Below, piece by piece: positions 8,265 through 17,204 of a stretch of DNA of 64,000 nt. Positions within the stretch are counted from its first letter, which is position 1. Each line of letters opens with the position of its first letter. The notes beneath the pieces were generated by a model. It worked only from the letters and a program-made list of their open reading frames with translations, was not told the origin of the DNA and searched no databases. A program made the position numbers and the translations under genes. The stretch is from an uncultured Thermoleophilia bacterium (GTDB lineage: Bacteria; Actinomycetota; Thermoleophilia; UBA2241). Where the stretch lies: contig CAVPJG010000011.1 in the NCBI GenBank assembly GCA_963705205.1, positions 6,565 to 70,564 of the forward strand, in the 5' to 3' direction.

Positions 8265-9521
8265 TCAGCCGCCGAACAACCTCTTCACGTCGTTGAAGGT
8301 GAGGAAGATGAACAGCATGACGAGCAGCACGGTGCCGAAGGCGACCAGGCGCTCGAACACGCGCGTGTCGAGGCGCCGTCCGCGGATCTTCTCCACCACG
8401 TTCATGGCGATGTGCCCGCCGTCGAACGGCAGGATCGGCAGCAGGTTGATGAGGCCGAGGTTGAAGCTGAGGAACGCCAGCAGGATGGGATACCAGTTCT
8501 GCTGCACCGCCTGGCGACTGACGTCGATGATGCCGACCGGCCCGACGGCGCCGTCCGGCCCGGTCGCGCTGATCTTGCCGCTCAGCAGCCACCAGAAGCC
8601 CGTGAACGTGCCCACGACCACGTCCCCGAAGCCGGTGAGACCGAGCTTGACCGCCTCGACCGGGCCCGGCCGCTCGCGCGAGACGCCCGCGCGCACGCCG
8701 AGGTAGCCGCTCCCGGGCGCCTGGGGGTTCTCGACCAGCGTGAGCTGCACGGTCTGCTCCGGCCCGCCCGCCTTGGGCTCGTAGGTCAGAGAGATGGTCT
8801 TGCCGGGGTTGGCGCGGAAGTACGCGGACGCCTCGTCCCACGTCGACCACGTCTGCCCGTCCGCGCCGACGAGGGTGTCGCCGGCCACGAGGCCGGCCTT
8901 GGCTGCCGGCGCGCCCTTGACCACCTCGTCCAGCGTCAGCGTCGCCGTGGCCACGCCCTGGATACCGACGAAGAGGACGAGGATGACGGCGGCGGCGGCG
9001 AAGTTCATCAGCGGGCCGGCGGCGATGGTGACGTTGCGCTTCCAGATCGCCTTCTTGTAGTAGACGCGGTCGCCGGTGCCCTCGGGGACGTCCTCCTCGG
9101 GCAGCATGCCGCTGATCTTGCAGAAGCCGCCCAGCGGGATGATGCCGATGCCGTACTCGGTCTCGCCCCAGGTGCGACGCAGGGCCGCCGGCGGGAAGCC
9201 GACGTAGAACTTCTCGACGCGCATGCCGAACGCCTTGGCGGCGATGAAGTGGCCGAACTCGTGCACGGTGATCAACAGGGCGAGCCCGAGGATGGCGACG
9301 AGCCACACCCACTGACCGAAGACGAGCGCCACGAGCAAGGCGCCTCCGAGCAGCAGCGACCAGGGACTGACGGCCCGCGGCGCAGGCGCCGGAGCCGCGG
9401 AGGCGTCGCGCTTGCGCGAAACGACCTCCTCGCGTGAGGCGGAGTCGGCTTCGGGAGGCTGTGTACGGTCGTCGCGTTCCGCGGGGGAGCGCTCGCCGGT
9501 CGGTCTGGAGTCGTCACTCAT
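8265..9521 (-). CDS. rseP: RIP zinc metalloprotease RseP/Rip1 (site-2 protease, M50 family)
   Basis: Has HEFGHFIAAKAFGM (HExxH), multiple TM segments, an internal PDZ-like region, and the C-terminal LSFNLGLINLLPILPFDGGH motif. It sits in the conserved position next to dxr. Confidence 0.92.
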   Translation of the reverse strand: MSDDSRPTGERSPAERDDRTQPPEADSASREEVVSRKRDASAAPAPAPRAVSPWSLLLGGALLVALVFGQWVWLVAILGLALLITVHEFGHFIAAKAFGMRVEKFYVGFPPAALRRTWGETEYGIGIIPLGGFCKISGMLPEEDVPEGTGDRVYYKKAIWKRNVTIAAGPLMNFAAAAVILVLFVGIQGVATATLTLDEVVKGAPAAKAGLVAGDTLVGADGQTWSTWDEASAYFRANPGKTISLTYEPKAGGPEQTVQLTLVENPQAPGSGYLGVRAGVSRERPGPVEAVKLGLTGFGDVVVGTFTGFWWLLSGKISATGPDGAVGPVGIIDVSRQAVQQNWYPILLAFLSFNLGLINLLPILPFDGGHIAMNVVEKIRGRRLDTRVFERLVAFGTVLLVMLFIFLTFNDVKRLFGG

Positions 9522-9582
9522 GTAGTCACACGATACCCAATCGAGGTTACGTCCACATTAACGCCGCCGGCGGCCGGGAGGT

Positions 9583-10817
9583 TCAGGACCGCGCGACCGC
9601 TTCTTCAGCCACACGGCGCGCCTCGGCGTCGCTCGCGTACACGTCGTCGAGCGACGCGACGCGTTCGTGGCCGAGCCGGGTGAGGCACTGCTCGACGACC
9701 TCGGCGATACCGAGGAACGACAGCCGCCCGCCGAGGAACGCCTCCACCGCCACTTCGTTGGCGGCGTTGAGCACGGCTGGGGCGGCGACCGTGCGCGGCC
9801 CGTCACCCGTCGCGGCCGCCTGTCGCTCCACAGCGGCCGCCTTCCTCCCCGCCTCCTCCGCCAGCGCGAGACAGCGGAACGTCCCCGTGTCCGGACGCTC
9901 GAAGGCGACCCGCGTCGCAAAGAGATCGAGCCGGCCGACCTGCGGCAGGGCCGGGCGCCCCGGGTAGGCGAGCGCGTAGCCGATGGGCGTGCGCATGTCC
10001 GGGACGCCGAGGTGGGCAAGGATGGCGCCGTCGGTGAAGCGCGCCATGCTATGCACGGTGCTTCGCGGGTCGAGCACGACGGTGATCTGGTCGTAGGGCA
10101 CGCCGAAGAGATAGTGGGCCTCGATCAGCTCCAGGCCCTTGTTCATCAGTGTGGCCGAATCGATGGTGATCTTGGGGCCCATCGACCAGTTGGGGTGCGC
10201 AAGGGCCTGGGCGGCGGTGACGGCGGCCAGCTCCGCGGCCTGGCGGCCGCGGAAGGGGCCGCCGGACCCGGTCAGCAGGATCTCCTCGAGCGCCGCCTCC
10301 CCCCGCCGGCGGCGATGCACTGGAAGAGGGCGCTGTGCTCGCTGTCCACCGGCAGGATCGGCGCGCCGCTGCGGCGGGCGGCGTCCAGGACGAACGGCCC
10401 GCCCGCCACCATGCTCTCCTTGTTGGCCAGCGCGAGCGTCGCCCCGGCCTCGAGCGTCGCCGCGGTGGCGCGAAGGCCGGCGGCGCCGACGACCCCGTTG
10501 AGCACGACGAGCGGTACGTCCAGCGCGGCCGCACGCTCGGCGGCGCCGGTGATGAGCTCACGGATCCCGGCCTCGCCGGCGTGGATCCTCAGACCGGGTC
10601 CCAGGGCCGCGGCTCTCGCCGCGGCCTCGACGTCGTGCAGACACACGTCGCGCACACCGTTCGCGACCGCCTGCTGGACGACGGCGGCCGCGTCCCGGCC
10701 CGCCGCCAGCCCGACCAGGCGCAGGCCCGGGACAGCGGGCAGCACCTCGAGCGCCTGGCGGCCTATCGAGCCGGTCGACCCGAGGATGAGAAGGTGCCTG
10801 GAAACGGGCTCAGTCAT
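9583..10817 (-). pseudogene. dxr: 1-deoxy-D-xylulose 5-phosphate reductoisomerase Dxr, single frameshift in a G6 (plus-strand C6) run as sequenced
   Basis: The N-terminal part (MTEPVSRHLLILGSTGSIGRQAL...LANKESMV...PVDSEHSALFQCIAAGGG) and the C-terminal part (EAALEEILLTGSGGPFRG...HPNWSMGPKITIDSATLMNKGLE...NAANEVAVEAF) are in different frames. They join at homopolymer 10299-10304. Confidence 0.88.
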
Positions 10818-10881
10818 GGGCGCAAGGGTACCACGGCGACTCCTGGCCGCAGTCCAGCAGCAAGCGCGGGGGGGATCGACG

Positions 10882-12036
10882 CTACGTCTTCGATCGCCGA
10901 GCAGCGAGCTCACGCCGCAGCCGGGCCGTGAGCGAGCGTGCGAATCCGAAGCGCAGCTGCAGAAGAGCCCCAACGACCGAGCGCAGGGGCCACCTGCCGA
11001 TCGCCACGTAGGCGAGCTGCAACGGCACCGTGTCCGGGCGCCAGCCGTGGACCCAGGCGGCCCCGCTCACCATGTCGAAGCGCTCGATGCCGGGATCCTG
11101 GCAGCAGCGCTCGATCATCTTCTCGACCAGCTGCTGCCCCGGTGACACACGTGCGAAGGCTTCGTCGTACCCGATCTTCAGACACGAGTAGGTCGAGCCG
11201 GTGCGCGTGCAGAACGCCGACGCGAGGCACCGTCCGTCGGCGTGGAGGGCGGCTATCTCGCAGTAGTCGTCGTCGCCACCGAGGTTGGCGGCCAGGTCGC
11301 GGAAGAAGGCCGTCTTCTCGCGGCTGCAGCGGATCGCGGTCCCCGAACCCCGGTCCCCCTTCCAGCCGGAGGCCTCGACGTCGAGAAAGGTCGCGAACGC
11401 GGCGTCCAGGTCGCCCTCCCTCGTGACGGTCGTGAAGCGTACGTCCTCGAGCTTCGCGAGCCTGCGGGCGGCGGTGTTGCGTTTGTGGCGGAAGTTCTTG
11501 GGAAGCGACGCGCGAAACTCGTCGAACGGCATGGTGCAGTCCAGGGAATTCACGCTCTGCTTGGGGACCACGCGATACTCGCCGTGCCTCAATCGTCCGA
11601 GACCGCTCCACAGACTCGAGCTTTGCGGCGCCGACCCGATGAGCAGCAGCTGCCGCCCCTCCGGCTTCCGTCGCAGATGATCGACGACGGCAGGGATCAG
11701 CCTGGGCCGCGCCTCGTCGTCCGGGCAGAGCACGTCCGCCTGCGGCCCGTGGACGTGCCAGAGCACCCCCCAGAGGCGGATCGGCGGCCCGAGTGGCCGG
11801 TCGCTCCTCGGCTGGAGTGCGCAGATGGCCCGCACCCGCCGGCCATCCGTGAGTGCAAGGCACCTGAGCTGGTCGGGCGCCCGCATGAGGTGATCGACGT
11901 GCGCAAGGCAGGCCTCGTGGGCGAGGAAGCTCGTGCGCCGCGGGAGCTGAGCGTAGAGGCGGCGCCAGTCGGCTTCCAGCCACTCGAGCCCTGCCCGCCC
12001 CCGGAACTCAAGGATGGTCCACTCGTTGTCAGACAT
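10882..12036 (-). CDS. CelD/BioF2-like GNAT-fold acyltransferase (FemAB-like, polysaccharide-associated family)
   Basis: 384-aa ORF. The layout and motifs (..FRHKRNTAARRLAKL..FLDVEASGWKG..GSTYSCLKIGYDE.F...SPG..L) recall the acetyltransf_6 / cellulose-biosynthesis CelD family. The assignment rests on motif recall only. Confidence 0.55.
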   Translation of the reverse strand: MSDNEWTILEFRGRAGLEWLEADWRRLYAQLPRRTSFLAHEACLAHVDHLMRAPDQLRCLALTDGRRVRAICALQPRSDRPLGPPIRLWGVLWHVHGPQADVLCPDDEARPRLIPAVVDHLRRKPEGRQLLLIGSAPQSSSLWSGLGRLRHGEYRVVPKQSVNSLDCTMPFDEFRASLPKNFRHKRNTAARRLAKLEDVRFTTVTREGDLDAAFATFLDVEASGWKGDRGSGTAIRCSREKTAFFRDLAANLGGDDDYCEIAALHADGRCLASAFCTRTGSTYSCLKIGYDEAFARVSPGQQLVEKMIERCCQDPGIERFDMVSGAAWVHGWRPDTVPLQLAYVAIGRWPLRSVVGALLQLRFGFARSLTARLRRELAARRSKT

Positions 12037-12171
12037 GGTCTTTCGTCAGGATCGCTCGCGTGGAGGTCTCATTCTCGCGTCCTCATCTCTTCTCCTGCTG
12101 CGAAGCGGGTGGACCCGGCACAACGCCGCGGACGGCGACGCGCGTCACAGCACACCACCGGGCCCGCACGT

Positions 12172-14043
12172 CTAGAGGCGCGGCAGGCGCGCAAGGACCT
12201 CGGTGGTGGATTCGGCCGGCGGCTTGCGGTGGAGCGCGTACCAGGGCGCGACCACCACCGGAGGATACGACAACCCGCCGCACACCGCCTGCAGCTCGGC
12301 ACGGGTCCTCCCACCGGTGTCCAGGAGGTGTCCGACGAGCGTCGGCACCTCACGATGGCGACGGTAGTAACTCACGGTCGCCTTGGGCAGCGGCGCCCCG
12401 GGGGCGGGAACGACCAGCTGGTAGGTGTTGGCGGCGATCTCGCCCGGCCAGTAGAGGTAGTACGCGGCGCCCCAGGGATAGACGAGGAGGCTGTCGCCGG
12501 ACCTTCCTTCCCGCGCCAGTGCGTCCGCGAAGCCGTCGAGGCGCTCGCGCTGCGCCGTCGTCACCGCGATGCCCTTCCACGGGCCGGCGCTCATCCGCTC
12601 TGAGGTGTCCCTCCCGCCGTGGCCGCCGTACTCGAACTGCGCCTGGAACGCGAGGGTCACGAGGACCACGGCCGCGAGACCGGCCAGCGCCGGCCACGGG
12701 CGACCCCGGACGCGCCGCGGCGCGAGCGGCTCCAGCCCCCAGGCCAGGAACAGCCCGCTGGCGACGATCCCCGGGAACAGGCCCACGGCGGCGTGCACGA
12801 GGCCGTCGCCGCTGGTGTACGCGGTCATCGAGCCGACGAGCAACGCCGGCGCCCACACCCACAGCAGCAGGCGGGCGCCGTCCGGCCTCCTCTCCGCGGG
12901 AACGAACAGGTAGAGATACGGCGCGGACAGCGCGTAGACGATCACCGCCGCGGCGACGTGCAGGGGCGACGTCGCCGCGGTGATCCAGAGAGCCAGTGGC
13001 GTGAGCAGAAGCAGCCAGCGCCCGGCGCCCGGTCGGCGACGGAACACGAGGTACGCGACCGCCGCCGCGACGACAACGTACCACTGGCCGGCGACGAGCG
13101 TGACGAAGCCTCCGGCGACCTCCGCCGCCTTGGCCGTGCCGCCGAGCTGGTCGAGGCGCCGCGCCAGGTCGATCGTGTAGTCCCAGCAGCGCAGGAGGTT
13201 CGCGCGCCCGGCCAGGGCGGCCGTCAGGGTACAGGCGGGTACGACGACGAGGGCGCCACCCAGCACCCAGGCGCTCAGGACCTCCCAGGCGCGTCGTCCA
13301 GTCGGCTCGCCCCCACGGGGCGGCAGATGGATGAAGGCACCCCGGGCGAGCACGGCCACGGCGCGATCACCGACCGAGAAGGCCAGGAAGACCGCGACGA
13401 ACGGCGTCAGGAGCAGCACGGTCGGATACGCGACGCAGGCGATACCGAACGCCACCCCGGCGGCGAGAACGTAGCGGCGGCGCCCTCCGAGGACGGCCAC
13501 GCCGCCGAGTGCCGCCCCCGCCGTCAGCGACAAGGCACAGAGCGTGTTCGCGGTGAGCTGCGGCGTCTCGAACAGGAGGACGGTGACGAACGGCGCGCAC
13601 ACGAGCGCGGCCAGCGAACCCGGCAACGAGCGCCGAGCCACGACGAACACGGCCAGCGCCGCCAGCACCGATACGGCCAGATAGACGTGGCGCCCGTACA
13701 GCACCACGCCGGTCACGTCGTTCCCGCCGAGCACGGCGTAGAGCTTGAAGAACGGGTACGAGAGCAGGCCGGCGGTCTGTACCAGGTTCTGCTCGTCGAC
13801 GAACGGCCGGTCGCCGAGCGCCCAGCGCCAGGGGATCACCACCGAGAACGCCTCGTGCACCAGCTCGGCGCCGCGGAAGAGCCGCCGCCAGGTGAGCCCC
13901 AGCGCCGTCACGAGGACGACCGCCGTGATCGCCGCACCCGCGAGGCCGACGCTGTCCGTCGTGCCGCTCCGCCCACCCGGCGCCGTGCGCGTGCCGGGAC
14001 CCTCCGGCGGAGATTCAGCCATCCGGTGTGCGCTCACTCCCAC
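12172..14043 (-). CDS. Large polytopic membrane protein, putative GT-C-type glycosyltransferase or polymerase with a C-terminal extracytoplasmic domain
   Basis: 623-aa ORF with about 12 or more hydrophobic helices, followed by a roughly 170-aa soluble tail. It directly follows the CDP-sugar genes. The start is uncertain (GTG 14043 or ATG 14022). Confidence 0.55.
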   Translation of the reverse strand: MGVSAHRMAESPPEGPGTRTAPGGRSGTTDSVGLAGAAITAVVLVTALGLTWRRLFRGAELVHEAFSVVIPWRWALGDRPFVDEQNLVQTAGLLSYPFFKLYAVLGGNDVTGVVLYGRHVYLAVSVLAALAVFVVARRSLPGSLAALVCAPFVTVLLFETPQLTANTLCALSLTAGAALGGVAVLGGRRRYVLAAGVAFGIACVAYPTVLLLTPFVAVFLAFSVGDRAVAVLARGAFIHLPPRGGEPTGRRAWEVLSAWVLGGALVVVPACTLTAALAGRANLLRCWDYTIDLARRLDQLGGTAKAAEVAGGFVTLVAGQWYVVVAAAVAYLVFRRRPGAGRWLLLLTPLALWITAATSPLHVAAAVIVYALSAPYLYLFVPAERRPDGARLLLWVWAPALLVGSMTAYTSGDGLVHAAVGLFPGIVASGLFLAWGLEPLAPRRVRGRPWPALAGLAAVVLVTLAFQAQFEYGGHGGRDTSERMSAGPWKGIAVTTAQRERLDGFADALAREGRSGDSLLVYPWGAAYYLYWPGEIAANTYQLVVPAPGAPLPKATVSYYRRHREVPTLVGHLLDTGGRTRAELQAVCGGLSYPPVVVAPWYALHRKPPAESTTEVLARLPRL

Positions 14044-14721
14044 GCATCGGTGCGGACGGCGGCAGCGGAGACGCCCCGCTCAGCAGCTGCGCCGCGAGCG
14101 CGGTCAGCATGGCGGCGGGCCGCTGAGGTAGAAGACGGGGTCGTCCAACGCCTCGATCGCCGGCCACGCCGCGGCCACGCGAGGACGCCGTCGGAGGTCT
14201 CCGCGACGAGCCTGCTCGAGAGCGACGGCACCTGCGCGCGCAGGCCTCGACCAGAGGGCCCGTACACGAACAGATCGGGAGTCCGGGCGCCGTAGAAGAG
14301 CAGCACCCGCGGCGCCCGTCCGGCCTCCAGCGACTGCAGGAAGGCGGTGAACGCGGTCACGCCGGTCCCGCCCGCAAAGAGGACGGCCTCGCGTGACTGG
14401 TCGACGATGAACTCCCCGTAGGGCAGCTTGACCCAGACCTCCCGCCCGTCGCCAGCTCGCTTCCATGCGCGCCGTGAACGCGCCCTTCACCGCGTAGGTG
14501 ATCGCGAGCCGATCGCGCTCGCGCGGAGGACTCGCGATCGAGAACACCCGCGACTCCGGCCAGAAGCCGCCCGGCTCATAGCCGTCAAGCGCGAGGTGCA
14601 GGAACTGCCCGGGCCTGAAGCGCGGCGGCGGCGCGACGGGGTCGAGCTCCACGGTGTAGACGCGCTCGCCGTGATCGGTGACGCCCGCGACCCTGCAGGC
14701 GATCTTGCGGACGACGGCCAT
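14034..14721 (-). pseudogene. FNR-like FAD/NAD(P)-binding oxidoreductase, candidate E3 (AscD/RfbI-type) partner of RfbH, about 4 frameshifts as sequenced and no 2Fe-2S domain
   Basis: Frame segments are RFRPGQFLHLAL..RVFSIASPP..LAITYAVKGAFTARM, then EVWVKLPYGEFIVDQSREAVLFAGGTGVTAFTAFLQSLEAGRAPRVLLFYGARTPDLFVY. These are followed by IEALDDPVFYLSGPP, AMLTALAAQLLSG and GVSAAAVRTDAWE-stop. Confidence 0.7.
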
Positions 14722-14730
14722 CCCTGCGGC

Positions 14731-16086
14731 TCAGCGGTCCTCAGGACCGGCGAGCACCCCATCCGCGCCGGCGACCGCTGCGCGTTCGCCGTCCATGAAG
14801 CGCGCGAAGACCTCGATCATGTACTGCATGCGCGGCTCGTCGATGCCCGGGTACACGCCGACGAAGAACGTGCGTTCCATGACGGCGTCGGTGGCCGCCA
14901 GGTCGCCGACCACCCTGCACTCGATATCCTCGAACGCCGGATGTCGCAGCAGGTTGCCGCTGAAGAGGTTGCGCGTCTCCACGCGATTCGCCTCGAGGAA
15001 CCCGGTGAGCTCGTTGCGGGTGAACCCGGCGTCCTCTCGCACGGTGATGACGAAGCAGAACCACGACGGGTCGGTGTTCGCGGGTGCGTGCGGCAGCAGC
15101 AGGCGGTCCTCATAGGCCCGCAGCGCCTCGAGGAGCCGCGCGTGGTTGCGCTTGCGCGCCGCGACGAACCCGTCGAGACGCGACAGCTGGGCGCAGCCGA
15201 TGGCCGCCTGCATGTCGGTCGCCTTGAGGTTGTAGCCGAGGTGGCTGTACACGTACTTGTGGTCGTAGCCGTGGGGCAGGGTGCCGAACTGCTGGGTGAA
15301 GCGCTTGCCGCAGGTATTGTTCTCGCCGCCGGCGCAGTAGCAGTCACGGCCCCAGTCGCGGACCGACCTGGCGATGCGCGCCAGCTCCTCGTCGTCGGTG
15401 AGGACCATGCCACCCTCGCCGGTGGTGATGTGGTGCGCCGGGTAGAAGGACAGCGCGGCGAGGTGGCCGAACGTGCCGGTGAGCCGGCCGCGGTGACGCG
15501 AGCCCAGCGCGTCGCAATTGTCCTCGACGAACCACAGGTCGTGCTTCTCCACGAGCTCCATGACGGCGTCCAGATCGAACGGCACGCCCAGCGTGTGCGC
15601 CAGCATGATCGCGCGCGTGCGCTCCGAAACGGCCGCGCGCAGCTGGTCTGGGTCGGCGTTGTAGTCGCCGAGGCGCACGTCCACGAACACGGGCACGAGG
15701 CCGTTCTGCACGATGGGCGCCACGGTGCTGGGAAAGCCGGCGGCCACCGTGATGACCTCGTCGCCGGGCCTCAGCCGCCGCTCGCCCAGCTTGGGAGACG
15801 TCAGCGCGGTGAGAGCGACGAGATTGGCCGACGACCCGGAGTTGACGAACAGGGCGTCGGACAGGTCGAGGTGGTCGGCGACCCCGGCCTCGAACTCCTC
15901 GGTGAACCGGCTCGCCGTCAGGTAGAAGTCGAGGCTGGCGTCGACGAGGTACCGCAGTTCTTCCTCGCCGAACACGCGTCCCGCGTAGCGCACGGGGTCC
16001 TTCTCGGGGTCGAACGGCCGGCCAGCGTGGCGCTCCTCGTAGAACGCCGCCGCCAGGTCCAGGATACGGGCTCTGCTGTCCATCAT
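14731..16086 (-). CDS. rfbH: CDP-6-deoxy-L-threo-D-glycero-4-hexulose-3-dehydrase (E1; RfbH/DdhC/AscC, DegT-family PMP enzyme)
   Basis: MMDSRARILDLAAAFYEE.., ..SGSSANLVALTAL..EVITVAAGFPSTV.., ..FYPAHHITTGEGGMV.., ..DWGRDCYCAGGENNTCGKRF..YDHKYVYSHLGYNLKATDMQAA. These match the RfbH signature, including the His in place of the usual Lys. The start overlaps the rfbG stop (ATGA). Confidence 0.88.
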   Translation of the reverse strand: MMDSRARILDLAAAFYEERHAGRPFDPEKDPVRYAGRVFGEEELRYLVDASLDFYLTASRFTEEFEAGVADHLDLSDALFVNSGSSANLVALTALTSPKLGERRLRPGDEVITVAAGFPSTVAPIVQNGLVPVFVDVRLGDYNADPDQLRAAVSERTRAIMLAHTLGVPFDLDAVMELVEKHDLWFVEDNCDALGSRHRGRLTGTFGHLAALSFYPAHHITTGEGGMVLTDDEELARIARSVRDWGRDCYCAGGENNTCGKRFTQQFGTLPHGYDHKYVYSHLGYNLKATDMQAAIGCAQLSRLDGFVAARKRNHARLLEALRAYEDRLLLPHAPANTDPSWFCFVITVREDAGFTRNELTGFLEANRVETRNLFSGNLLRHPAFEDIECRVVGDLAATDAVMERTFFVGVYPGIDEPRMQYMIEVFARFMDGERAAVAGADGVLAGPEDR

Positions 16087-17204
16087 GCGCTCCTGCCGAT
16101 CGTCCCCGCCTCCGCCGCCCACGCCCGGCCGGCAGCGCCCGCGTCGCGCGCGTAGGCGAGCAACTGCTCCTCGACCAGCGCACGCGCCGCACCGGGCCGC
16201 CGGTAGTACTCGCGATACCACGCCGCAGTGCGCCCGACCGCCGCGGCCGCGTCCCAGACCGGGGCCCAGCCAAGGCGCTCTCGCGCTTTGCCGCTGTCGA
16301 GCGCCAGCGACCGCGCCTCGTGTGGCTGCGGCGCTCCCGGCTGCGGCGTCGCCCACGTTCCTGCCCCCCACGCGTCCAGGAACCGCTCGACGACCCAGCG
16401 GACCGGACGCGACGCGTCCTCGTCGTCGGGCCCGAAGTTCCACGCACCTGCGAACGCGGAGCCCTGATCGACGAGGTGAGCGGCCAGCGACAGATAGCCC
16501 GCAAGCGGCTCGAGCACGTGCTGCCACGGCCGCACGGCGTCCGGGTTACGGACTACGACCGGGCGCCGGCCGCCAGGGCGCGCACGCAGTCGGGGATGAT
16601 CCGGTCCGGCGCCCAGTCGCCGCCGCCGATGACGTTCCCGGCGCGGACCGAGGCGACCCCTGCCGGCCGGCCGGCGTCGAAGAAGCTGGCGCGGTAGGCG
16701 GCGGTGACCAGCTCCGCGCAGCCTTTGCTGGCGCTGTACGGGTCGCGCCCCCCAAGTGGGTCGTCCTCGAGGAAGGCCCGTCCGGTCTTCGAGTTGTCGG
16801 TAGCACTTGTCGCTGGTGACGATCACGACCGCCTCGACCGAGTCGCACGCGCGCGCCGCCTCGAGCACGTCCACCGTGCCCATGACGTTGGTCGCGAAGG
16901 TCTCGTGCGGCTCGGCATAGCTGCGCCGCACGAGCGGCTGGGCGGCCAGATGGAAGACGATCGACGGCCTCGCGGCCGCCATCTCCCGTGACAGTCGGTC
17001 GCGGTCACGCACATCGGCGACGACGTGCCGCACGCGCGCCGCGAGGTCCAGCGCGTCGAAAAGGCTGGGCTCTGTCGCCGGAGGGAGGGCGTAGCCCGTC
17101 ACTTCCGCCCCCAGTCCGAACAGCCACGACGTCAGCCACGCACCCTTGAACCCGGTGTGGCCGGTGACGAAGACCCTCCGGCCGTCGAAGGCGCCGCCGA
17201 ACAT
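16083..17204 (-). CDS. rfbG: CDP-glucose 4,6-dehydratase (RfbG/DdhB); ORF is continuous but about 78 internal codons are out of frame
   Basis: RVFVTGHTGFKGAWL..VFHLAAQPLVRRSY..TNVMGT..VVIVTSDKCY and ..PVVVRNPDAVRPWQHVLEPLAGYL are in frame. The expected middle (DNSKTGRAFLEDDPLGGRDPYSASKGCAELV...NVIGGGDWAPDRIIPDC) is in the +1 frame between about 16799 and 16564. Confidence 0.85.
   Translation of the reverse strand: MFGGAFDGRRVFVTGHTGFKGAWLTSWLFGLGAEVTGYALPPATEPSLFDALDLAARVRHVVADVRDRDRLSREMAAARPSIVFHLAAQPLVRRSYAEPHETFATNVMGTVDVLEAARACDSVEAVVIVTSDKCYRQLEDRTGLPRGRPTWGARPVQRQQRLRGAGHRRLPRQLLRRRPAGRGRLGPRRERHRRRRLGAGPDHPRLRARPGGRRPVVVRNPDAVRPWQHVLEPLAGYLSLAAHLVDQGSAFAGAWNFGPDDEDASRPVRWVVERFLDAWGAGTWATPQPGAPQPHEARSLALDSGKARERLGWAPVWDAAAAVGRTAAWYREYYRRPGAARALVEEQLLAYARDAGAAGRAWAAEAGTIGRSA

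Noticed and set aside
12037-12171. Two tiny ORFs (MRTRE, MRPPRERS) with an AGGAGAAGAG SD upstream of the CelD-like gene as possible leader peptides
   Set aside because: They are too short and unconserved to support. No associated terminator or antiterminator structure was seen.
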